Assembly: GCA_047608975.1 (NCBI GenBank)
Contig: JBLFYM010000009.1
Span: forward strand, 15,826 to 79,825
Source: Limisphaerales bacterium
GTDB taxonomy: Bacteria; Verrucomicrobiota; Verrucomicrobiia; Limisphaerales; JAYPXF01
Direction of reading: 5' to 3'
DNA: 64,000 nt
The notes beneath the pieces were generated by a model that saw nothing but the letters and a program-made list of their open reading frames with translations, was not told where the DNA came from and did no database searches. Shown here piece after piece: positions 9,709-17,866 of the stretch. How positions within the stretch are numbered: position 1 is the stretch's first letter; each line of letters starts with the position of its first letter. The translations under genes were made by a program, and so were the position numbers.

Positions 9709-11688
9709 ATGCCCAAGGAACCGAGGTCCACGCCGCCCGCAAACGGCATGGACCTCGGTATCCCGATACTGACAGCGATAGTTTTAACAGTGGCTGGGTT
9801 GGGATTGTGGTTTCAGTTTGGCCGCGAGCCGACCCCAAACACCATCAGGGTATCGCCGCCGCCGGTCACCACACCAGGCGGCTCAGAGATCGTTTACACC
9901 AATGGACAACATCCCCAGGGCTTGACTGCGGCCATGCCAAAAATCGAACCGCGTGACGGGTATGTCGGATCGGACGTCTGCCTTGAATGCCATGCCCAAA
10001 ACCATGAATCATGGTTTAATTCATACCATCGCACAATGACCCAAAAAGCCACCGCTGATGTGGTGATGGCGGATTTCGACAACGTTCAAGTCCGCATAGG
10101 CCCCAAACCTGAGGTCTACAACCTGAGCGTGAGCCAAGGCCTGTGTTTTGTGGAAATGGGCGAGCAACACAAACTACCGTTCTCGAGACCGAACGCGCGC
10201 ATGCGCTTTCCGATCGCAATGACAACCGGTTCACATCACATGCAGGTGTACTGGTTTCCGCTCCAAGATGGTGCGCTGGGCATGCTCCCGATCGCCTATC
10301 TCAAGGCCGATCGGCGTTGGGTTCCGCGTTCGTCCACATTCCTGACGCCCCATACCGATCTCCTTGGGGTGGAACCAGCGCGATGGAACATAGGCTGCGT
10401 TCACTGCCATACCACCCATGGAGATACCGGTCTCTCTCAACGAAACGGCGTTCCCGAGTACAACACACGGAGTGCGGAACTCGGAATTTCCTGCGAGGCC
10501 TGCCACGGTCCCGCCGCGAAGCACGTTGCGCTCCGGCGTAAAAAAGACGTAGCCCCGGTGGATGACCCAATCGTTAATCCCGCGAAGCTTTCCCCTGCTT
10601 TGTCCGCCCAGACCTGCGGTGGCTGCCACAGTTTCAGCCTGCCACATTCAGAGAACATCACTCACCCGGCCGGGGAACCGTTAACCGCTAGCCGCGCCAT
10701 TCGACGATACGATGAAGCAACCAAAGATTACCTTCGCCGACAGTACGAAAACCTGGGATTGAGCGACGGGGAATTGGAAGACGCGTTGAGCGCGGATTTC
10801 GAAGGCAGTTTTTGGCCGGATGGGATGGTGCGCATTGCCGGGCGCGAGTACAATGGGATGCTCGACACCAAGTGTCACACGGCCGGGGAACTGTCCTGTG
10901 TTTCTTGCCACCAACTTCACAAACCTCGCAAAGATCCCCGTTCATACAAGGCCTGGGCTGACGACCAGTTGCACTCCGGGTTTCGAACTGACAAGGCATG
11001 TACCCAATGTCACGACCCGGCCGCGTATTCAGCAACCACCCATACCCACCACGCCGCCGCATCCAGTGGGAGTCGTTGCTACAACTGCCATATGCCGCAC
11101 ACCACCTACGGTGTATTGAAAGCGATGCGCAGTCACACAATCACCAGCCCCACGGTGCTGGAGTCCACCAAATACGGTCGCCCCAATGCCTGCAATCTCT
11201 GTCATCTAGATCAGACCCTCGATTGGACCGCGCACCATCTGGCTGAACGCTACGGACAAGCGGTTCCTCGGCTGAGTGATGATCAGAAGACGATATCTGC
11301 CGCCCTCAGCTGGGCACTCGAAGGCGATGCCGCCCAGCGCGCCCTGATTGCGTGGTCCATGGGATGGCAGCCCGCCCAAGAGGCATCGTCAGCGGATTGG
11401 CTGACGCCGTATCTCGCCTTCCTCATGACCGACTCCTACGACGCCGTGCGCTACATCGCACATCGGTCTCTGAAAAGTCTTGGTGTATCCGATGCCGACT
11501 ACGACTTCATCGCCGCTCCCGATTTACGAAGCCGAAGCGTGAATCAGATCAGAACCCTCTGGCTCAGGCAGCCACACAAAAAGATTCCCCCAACTGTTCT
11601 CATCAATCCAGATCTCAAAATTCAACATCAGGAGATCGACCGGCTCTTGGCCCGCAGGAATCAGCGACGGATTAGAATGCACGAGTGA
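9709..11688 (+). CDS. Membrane-anchored octaheme c-type cytochrome with a HEAT-like C-terminal region
   Basis: ORF 9367..11688. Its first part is antisense to the sulfatase, so I prefer the start at ATG 9709 (MPKEPRS...), which is followed by a TM helix. There are eight CxxCH motifs: CLECH, CVHCH, CEACH, CGGCH, CVSCH, CTQCH, CYNCH and CNLCH. Confidence 0.8.
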   Translation: MPKEPRSTPPANGMDLGIPILTAIVLTVAGLGLWFQFGREPTPNTIRVSPPPVTTPGGSEIVYTNGQHPQGLTAAMPKIEPRDGYVGSDVCLECHAQNHESWFNSYHRTMTQKATADVVMADFDNVQVRIGPKPEVYNLSVSQGLCFVEMGEQHKLPFSRPNARMRFPIAMTTGSHHMQVYWFPLQDGALGMLPIAYLKADRRWVPRSSTFLTPHTDLLGVEPARWNIGCVHCHTTHGDTGLSQRNGVPEYNTRSAELGISCEACHGPAAKHVALRRKKDVAPVDDPIVNPAKLSPALSAQTCGGCHSFSLPHSENITHPAGEPLTASRAIRRYDEATKDYLRRQYENLGLSDGELEDALSADFEGSFWPDGMVRIAGREYNGMLDTKCHTAGELSCVSCHQLHKPRKDPRSYKAWADDQLHSGFRTDKACTQCHDPAAYSATTHTHHAAASSGSRCYNCHMPHTTYGVLKAMRSHTITSPTVLESTKYGRPNACNLCHLDQTLDWTAHHLAERYGQAVPRLSDDQKTISAALSWALEGDAAQRALIAWSMGWQPAQEASSADWLTPYLAFLMTDSYDAVRYIAHRSLKSLGVSDADYDFIAAPDLRSRSVNQIRTLWLRQPHKKIPPTVLINPDLKIQHQEIDRLLARRNQRRIRMHE

Positions 11689-11736
11689 CGCTCGGGCTTC
11701 CCTGTTCGAGACAACAGGTAACGCATCAAGTGTCAT

Positions 11737-13272
11737 TCATCCGACCGTTTCTGCGGCATGTCGCGATTGGCGCTTGGGGCCTGCGACCGCTTTCGCATCC
11801 TTCCCCCTCGCCGCCTCACTTATGTGCCCTCTCAGCGGAAGGGGGATATCGTTTCTCCCCGCACACTGATAGTCAGCCAACAACCTGGAGGCCGCCAGTT
11901 CCGGATCCACACCGTTCATCTCAGTCAGATACCCGAACACAAAGCCAACGAGTTGGGTCAGTGCAATCCCATGGCGACGCCCGGCTTTCTCCGCCAGATA
12001 GTCTGCAAAACTCAGAAAGGCCTGAAACGGCGATCTGTCTCCCGCCCAGATCAATTCTCTTGAGCTCACAAAATTCCCACTGTTCCCGACCAGATCCCAG
12101 TAACGGGCGAAACGACGCATCCGTTGGAACGTGGCGAAATCCAGATCTCGATTTGAGAGTATTTCAAACGGGGGATGAGGACTGTAGATCATTTTGAATT
12201 CGTCATCGTGACGAATGATCGGTGTTCCTTTGAGTCGCTTCAGAATGCCTATCTGAATCTCCTGCGGTCGCATTTTCACGAGCCGATCGAATCCCGTGCC
12301 AAACGAGTCCAAGGTTTCGCCGGGTAATCCCACAATCAGATCGGCGTGGATATGCACCCCGGTATCCCCACGTAGAAAGTGGAAGTTGTCCGCCATCTTG
12401 TCGTAGTTCTGGCGGCGGCTGATATGGGCCGATACCTCGTCGTTAAATGTCTGGATCCCGACCTCGAACTGAAGCGCGCCCGGTGGGAACTTTTTGATCA
12501 ATTCCCGCAGTCCTTCAGGAAGACGATCAGGGATCATCTCGAAGTGCAAAAACAGCCCGTCAAAGAAACGTTCCAGGAAGAATTCCAGAATCGCCTCACT
12601 CACCCGCATATTGAGGTTAAACGTCCGGTCCACAAACTTGAACTCCTTGGCTCCCCGTTGAAGCAATCCCTCCATCGCACCGAGGAACCGATCCAGATCA
12701 AACGCACGAACCGGGATGTCGAGTGAGGACAGGCAAAACTCGCAGGTGAAGGGGCAACCGCGGGAGGCTTCAACATAGATCACGCGATGAGACAAATCCT
12801 CTTCAGTGTAGAGATCGTAGGGCAGTTCCAAGTCCGCCAATTTGGGCAGCAGCGCCGGAATAACCCGCGAGGTTGGGGCTGCGCCGTCCAGAATCTGAGA
12901 GCAAACGCGTCCGAATTCCTGGTCCGCTTCTCCAGTGATCGTATAGTCGGCCAGCTCGACGATGGACTGTTTCCCCGTATCAAAACTGACCTCAGGACCA
13001 CCCAACAGAATCTTCACCGCCGGTGCCAGGCGACGAATCAGCGCGATAACTTCCTCTGACTGGGTCGTGTTCCAAATGTAAATCCCGAAGCCGATAATCT
13101 TGGGATTCAACGCCAGGAGTCGCTCAACGATTTCGAGCGGACGCTGGTTGATGTCGAATTCAACCATCGTTGTTCGGTCCTTCAATTCGCCCATATTCGC
13201 GAGCAGATATCGCAAGCCAAACGAGGCGTGGATATACTTGGCGTTGAGCGTGGTGAGAACGATTTCCGACAC
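11737..13272 (-). CDS. B12-binding-domain radical SAM protein (DUF4080-type)
   Basis: The N-terminus VLTTLNAKYIHASFGLRYL is typical of the DUF4080 rSAM family. The SAM cluster motif is EASRGCPFTCEFC (CxxxCxxC). Confidence 0.8.
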   Translation of the reverse strand: MSEIVLTTLNAKYIHASFGLRYLLANMGELKDRTTMVEFDINQRPLEIVERLLALNPKIIGFGIYIWNTTQSEEVIALIRRLAPAVKILLGGPEVSFDTGKQSIVELADYTITGEADQEFGRVCSQILDGAAPTSRVIPALLPKLADLELPYDLYTEEDLSHRVIYVEASRGCPFTCEFCLSSLDIPVRAFDLDRFLGAMEGLLQRGAKEFKFVDRTFNLNMRVSEAILEFFLERFFDGLFLHFEMIPDRLPEGLRELIKKFPPGALQFEVGIQTFNDEVSAHISRRQNYDKMADNFHFLRGDTGVHIHADLIVGLPGETLDSFGTGFDRLVKMRPQEIQIGILKRLKGTPIIRHDDEFKMIYSPHPPFEILSNRDLDFATFQRMRRFARYWDLVGNSGNFVSSRELIWAGDRSPFQAFLSFADYLAEKAGRRHGIALTQLVGFVFGYLTEMNGVDPELAASRLLADYQCAGRNDIPLPLRGHISEAARGKDAKAVAGPKRQSRHAAETVG

Positions 13273-13358
13273 AGCGTGGGAAGTTGAACAGAAAGCAGGG
13301 ATAGGACACCAGCGGATTCAGCAGGATGCCCGCTAGCTCCAATATCAGCCGACCGAGG

Positions 13359-14129
13359 TTATTTCATGCACGCTGCCTGGCGCGCATCATCGACGGTCTC
13401 AATCCCGTCCTTGGTCAGCACTCGGATCGTGGCAAAGGCCTGCCGTTCAGGGTCGACTCCCCCGGTCGCAGAATCAAACTCAGCGGCGGTCATCAGGAGG
13501 CGGAGCGCAAAGCGAACGGCCTCATCACGCGACATCTCGGAAGGATTGGTATTTCCGTATTTCGATTCGTAGCTGATGACGCTGCGGATGGTCATGGACC
13601 CGGATCCGGTGGTCGCAAAACCAACCGCCTGGAACTGGGCACCAAGCGGATCGTAAAAGAAGATCTGTGGCCGTGGTGAATTGGAACTCTGATCCACACC
13701 CGCAAATATCGGAACCACAATCCCAATTCCTTGCAGGGTCATCGGAACATTGTCGCGCAGCAAGCGGGCCAATGCCCGCACCTTGGCAGCGAGGCTCAGC
13801 GGCTGAAGTTGGCTCCGGCGATAGTATTCGAAGGAGGTTTGCAGGACTCGGGCCATTTCGAAGGCAGTGGCAGGCACTCCGGCAATGGCCAGCAGCGAAG
13901 TCGCGTCGAGTTCGATCACTTTCTCCACGGAATCCGTGACGATCAGATTTCCGGCGGTGGCGCGACGATCCCCCACCATCATAACGCCCTCGGAAAATTC
14001 GAATGCGAAGACGGTTGTACCATGGGTCTGCTCAGGGGCGGCAGACGTCGCGCGCACGTTCAACGGTGGAATGGAACGGGCAGTCAACAGGGAAAGAAAA
14101 TCTCCGGCAATCTGATTGGATTCGCTCAT
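13359..14129 (-). CDS. prcB: 20S proteasome beta subunit (PrcB-like) with a 37-aa propeptide
   Basis: The processing site is ...EQTHG/TTVFAFEF. Counting from that Thr gives Asp17 (VGDRR) and Lys33 (SVEKV) in canonical Ntn-hydrolase spacing. The ATG overlaps the stop of the upstream small ORF (ATGA). Confidence 0.85.
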   Translation of the reverse strand: MSESNQIAGDFLSLLTARSIPPLNVRATSAAPEQTHGTTVFAFEFSEGVMMVGDRRATAGNLIVTDSVEKVIELDATSLLAIAGVPATAFEMARVLQTSFEYYRRSQLQPLSLAAKVRALARLLRDNVPMTLQGIGIVVPIFAGVDQSSNSPRPQIFFYDPLGAQFQAVGFATTGSGSMTIRSVISYESKYGNTNPSEMSRDEAVRFALRLLMTAAEFDSATGGVDPERQAFATIRVLTKDGIETVDDARQAACMK

Positions 14130-14299
14130 TGTCCGGTGCGTTGCCGATAGCGCTTGGCCTGGTCCGGATCGACTTTTTTCATCCGTTTCAAGAGATCCTG
14201 AACATCGGGCTTCTCCACCTTGGGTTCGCTGGGTCCCGCGCCATCTCCCCCGGGACCGTCTGGTCCGCCGGAACGTTCTTTTTGTTTTTGATCAGGCAT
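14126..14299 (-). CDS. UBact/Pup-like small protein modifier (57 aa)
   Basis: An internal ATG at 14299 of track ORF 14126..14365 lies 2 nt after the dop stop (TAG, 14302-14304). The product is MPDQKQKERSGGPDGPGGDGAGPSEPKVEKPDVQDLLKRMKKVDPDQAKRYRQRTGQ. It has a disordered G/P/K/E-rich N-terminal half, a helical C-terminal half and a terminal RTGQ. It sits in the canonical position between dop and prcB. Confidence 0.8.
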   Translation of the reverse strand: MPDQKQKERSGGPDGPGGDGAGPSEPKVEKPDVQDLLKRMKKVDPDQAKRYRQRTGQ

Positions 14300-14301
14300 T
14301 G

Positions 14302-15828
14302 CTATTCGGATTTGTGGTTCAGCAGAAACCGGAATTCGTCCGGGGTTTCGGCTTTTTCGATGCACGAACGATAATGCAGAACGTCAGCCGGCGCGAACAA
14401 ATCGAGCAGCGAAATCTTGATCTCCTGTTGCTCCCCTTGCAGCACCACATGATCCCATTGTGCGGCGAGCACCTGTTCCGGGAATTTGCCGATGCAACGT
14501 CCGCGAATAAATGCGCGGGTGGTATCCGGTGGTTCTTTCTGCGCGGCACGTGCCGTGGCCGGATTTGGAATTGATCGAATGGAACCGCTCTGCTCGAGCC
14601 CGAAGTACAAACCAGATTCGAGATCCAGTCGGTGATACTCCAGATCGAGGCTTTGCACCCATGGATCGTCCGGGGCCAGTCCTTGGGACTTTTGGAACTC
14701 GGTAATCAAGGCGTGCTTGGCAACCCAATCCACCCGATCACGGCATCGCAGCGGGTCCGCTTCGAGATCATTCAGGACACGCTCCCATTCCGTAACGGTC
14801 CAGGACGCGTCGGCATGATCCAGCACACATGACTCACGAACCGCATCAAGATAGCGACGTTGAACATCGATCGCATTCGAACCGGAACGATCCTTCAAGG
14901 TCAGGAACCATTGAAAATTCGGATCCCGCGAAATCGATTTTAGAGTATCGACCGGGGCGACGAGTTCAGGCGGTTCCAGATCCGGATTGCGTATCAGGGC
15001 TTCGAGAACCAGAGCCAGTGTTCCGACTTTCAAGCGCGTTGCAAATGGGGACATGTTGGCATCTCCGAGAATGACGTGAAAGCGGCGCCAGTCCGCCGGA
15101 TTCGCATGGGGCTCGTCCCGGGTATTGATCAGCGGACGTTTCTGCATGGTGTCCACACTCTGCCTCACGGTGAAGAAGTCGCTCCGCTGGGAGATCTGAA
15201 AATTGGACGCGAGCAGTTTGTCTTCGCCCTCCACTGCGAACTTCCCCGCGCCGGCAAAGATCTGGCGCGTGACCATGAACGCCTCGATGGAATGCACCAA
15301 TCGTTCCCATGAAAGCGACCGGGGAAGCAGGTAGTTCTCGTGACATCCGTAGCTGTGTCCCCGGAAATCGGTGTTGTTCTTGTAGATTCGAACCGTGGCG
15401 CCCCGTTCCGCCGAGAGACGTTCCGCACAATCCATCACAATCTGTTCGCCCGCCCGATCGTGCGCGGCCAGTTCGTCGAGCGTAGAACATTCAGGGGTGC
15501 AGTACTCCGGGTGGGCGTGATCGTTGTAGAATCGCGCACCGTTACTCAGGGCAAGATCGCTCTTGATCTCGGCGAAGGTAAGTTCGCGCTGGGCGTCTTG
15601 GGCAAAGTAGTTGGATTCATCGTAGTCCTGCCGCAGTTCCTCCACTTTGAACCCGCGCACATCCGCATGCGGATCTTCGGCGGCGTAGTCCCATTTCATT
15701 CGCACCCCGGGCGCAAGCGCACTGCGCACCAGGGCGATGGACTCCGCGACAACGTCCAAGTCTTCGGCATCATCTCGCGTGATGCCGTACTCAGTTTCGA
15801 TGCCAAAATGGATCAACAGTTTGTCCAC
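14302..15828 (-). CDS. dop: Pup-ligase-family enzyme, Dop-like (deamidase/depupylase type)
   Basis: GIETEYGI at the N-terminus. RMKWDYAAEDPHADVRGF is followed by an extra loop, then SNGARFYNDHAHPEYCTPEC and YGCHENYL. DHAHPEY plus the loop resembles Dop as I recall it, not PafA (DVGSHPEY, no loop). Confidence 0.75.
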   Translation of the reverse strand: MDKLLIHFGIETEYGITRDDAEDLDVVAESIALVRSALAPGVRMKWDYAAEDPHADVRGFKVEELRQDYDESNYFAQDAQRELTFAEIKSDLALSNGARFYNDHAHPEYCTPECSTLDELAAHDRAGEQIVMDCAERLSAERGATVRIYKNNTDFRGHSYGCHENYLLPRSLSWERLVHSIEAFMVTRQIFAGAGKFAVEGEDKLLASNFQISQRSDFFTVRQSVDTMQKRPLINTRDEPHANPADWRRFHVILGDANMSPFATRLKVGTLALVLEALIRNPDLEPPELVAPVDTLKSISRDPNFQWFLTLKDRSGSNAIDVQRRYLDAVRESCVLDHADASWTVTEWERVLNDLEADPLRCRDRVDWVAKHALITEFQKSQGLAPDDPWVQSLDLEYHRLDLESGLYFGLEQSGSIRSIPNPATARAAQKEPPDTTRAFIRGRCIGKFPEQVLAAQWDHVVLQGEQQEIKISLLDLFAPADVLHYRSCIEKAETPDEFRFLLNHKSE

Positions 15829-15874
15829 GGATCTGTTCGAATGAGGCCCACGAATAATTTTGGACTGGCCACCG

Positions 15875-17575
15875 CTAAACCGCCGACGACGAACTTCGTT
15901 TCTTACGCACCGGTCCGAGTCGAACGACGTTCTCCGGATCGAAGTCGGTCAGCTTCAACCAGTCTTCAGTGAGATCCGTCGCCGGAAAGAGATCGTTTTC
16001 TTCATACTCCAATCGCAAAGCGTTCGCCAAATCGTCCCGGCTGATAGCAGGGTCTTTCGCGCCATCCACCGCGCGCCGGATGGCAAGACTCTTGGCCCGT
16101 TCGACCACTGCGGCAATGATGGCCCCGCTCGCGAGGTCGCCGCGATGCAGAACCTCCCGGCGGCCACTCCGATAGTCAACCTCCAGAAATTCATTCTCCG
16201 CGCTACGCGCAAAGTGGCTCGCTGAAACAAAATCAATCAAAGCATCGCGGTCTTCCGCCATGGGGAGAGAATCCTTGAGGTAGATATCGTAGATGGCCCG
16301 TGCGCCGTCAGCGTCCGGCCGTCTGACCCGAATCTTGCGATCGATCCGTCCGGGACGAAGGATTGCCGGATCGATCAAATCAGCGCGATTCGAGGCCAGG
16401 ATAACCACTGTATTCTGAAGCGGTTCAATCCCATCCATCTCTGTGCAAAACATCGGCACCACCGTACTGAGCATGCTGTTGAACCTCCCTGCATGCCGCG
16501 TGCCTAGAATTGATTCAGCCTCGTCGATGAAGAGGAATGCGAGCGAGCCGTCTTTCGCACGCTCCCGGCATTGGGCAAAGAGATCGCGAACCTGACGTTC
16601 ACTTTCTCCCACCCACATGTTCAGAATCTCCGGCCCTTTCAGATGGAGAAAAAACTCCGGTCGATCCACGCCTGTCTCGGTAAGAATCTGTTGCCGCAGG
16701 TTGTACGCGGTGGCTTTGCCCAACAGGGTCTTCCCGCAGCCGGGAGGTCCATGCAGAAGGAAGCCTTTGGGAACATGATGCTCGAACTTTTCGAAGAGAT
16801 CGCGATGCAGAAAAGGCAGTTCGATCGTATCCCGAATTGCCGCCAATGCCTCGTCCTGACCACCAATCGCAGACCACGGAACCGCAGTCACCGTCTCCAG
16901 CGAACGCTCGACCCGTTTTCCAATCCCAATCACCTCCAACGCCACGCGTTGATTCGAATCAAGCCGGATATCCATCCCGGTCTTGAGTTTCTCCTTGGCC
17001 AGCAAATCCGATCGCTGGACCACCAATGATCCTCCCCCACCCTCTTGTCCAATCCTCAAACGACCTTCGGAAAGCAATTCATCGACTCGAACTATGGGCC
17101 CGTTCTTGTCAAATCCCAACGCAGCCACAATGGCATAGGCTTCGTTGCAAAGCAGACGCTGGCCGATCTGCAATTCCGTCACCGGAATAGTGGGATCAAC
17201 CTTGCATACGTAGTCAGTCCCACTGACGCAGACATGAACCTGCTCACGTTCAAGAGCCCCGAGAAAAGTTCCCATGCGTAGTGCAGGAGCGCGCAGTTTG
17301 TCCACGATCTCGTCGAACTTCTCCAACGCCTCGCGGGCGGCATCATTGGTCTCCTCCATCGCGGCGACGCGTTCGCGAAGATAGACGAGGTCGATGAGGG
17401 CACTGTTTCGGGAAGGGATCTTGGAAGCCACCAAGTCGAGAATCTGAAGAATGGAAAGTTGGTCCAATTCTTCCCGACTGAGCAGACCGCTGAGCGACAC
17501 GTCTCCCTCATCCATCTCAAAAGGATCAGCGAGGGGATTGGACTGTTTACGCAGCGGATCCGGCGGTTCATCCAT
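15875..17575 (-). CDS. mpa: Proteasome-associated AAA+ ATPase (Mpa/ARC-like)
   Basis: N-terminal coiled coil, then OB-like region. Walker A is GPPGCGKTLLGKA, pore loop MWVGESE, Walker B FLFIDEAES. It lies directly upstream of dop on the same strand. Confidence 0.85.
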   Translation of the reverse strand: MDEPPDPLRKQSNPLADPFEMDEGDVSLSGLLSREELDQLSILQILDLVASKIPSRNSALIDLVYLRERVAAMEETNDAAREALEKFDEIVDKLRAPALRMGTFLGALEREQVHVCVSGTDYVCKVDPTIPVTELQIGQRLLCNEAYAIVAALGFDKNGPIVRVDELLSEGRLRIGQEGGGGSLVVQRSDLLAKEKLKTGMDIRLDSNQRVALEVIGIGKRVERSLETVTAVPWSAIGGQDEALAAIRDTIELPFLHRDLFEKFEHHVPKGFLLHGPPGCGKTLLGKATAYNLRQQILTETGVDRPEFFLHLKGPEILNMWVGESERQVRDLFAQCRERAKDGSLAFLFIDEAESILGTRHAGRFNSMLSTVVPMFCTEMDGIEPLQNTVVILASNRADLIDPAILRPGRIDRKIRVRRPDADGARAIYDIYLKDSLPMAEDRDALIDFVSASHFARSAENEFLEVDYRSGRREVLHRGDLASGAIIAAVVERAKSLAIRRAVDGAKDPAISRDDLANALRLEYEENDLFPATDLTEDWLKLTDFDPENVVRLGPVRKKRSSSSAV

Positions 17576-17866
17576 GCCCCGACTGTAACTCCGCGGAGGA
17601 GGATTTCAAACTGAATGGTGGAAACGAGATTTAACGTGTCCCCCCTCAGACCATTGGCAGGCCCCCTAATTCGCCGGACGGCAGAGTCACCCCCGACTAA
17701 ATCACCCCGCTCTCCCAACATTGCGTGCTCGACGAGTTTCGAAAATGGAGTGAGGGAAAATCCTCCGGCAGGAAACGGCATTGGACGCAGACCCAGCCAA
17801 TCTCGCATTTTCCCGGCCACCGGGGACTTGTGCTACGCCCGCCTCCGTGCATCCTCCAAATCACCC

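Noticed and set aside
11700-11718. Short hairpin CCTGTT-cgagac-AACAGG between the convergent cytochrome and rSAM genes as a terminator
   Set aside because: The stem is only 6 bp and there is no U-tract. This is too weak to report as a feature.
14300-14365. The longer 79-aa version of the small ORF (start at 14365)
   Set aside because: It would overlap the dop 3' end by 64 nt and add a basic, non-conserved-looking leader (MHRKSRNPGRIPVSAEPQIRIA). The ATG at 14299 fits the intergenic spacing exactly.
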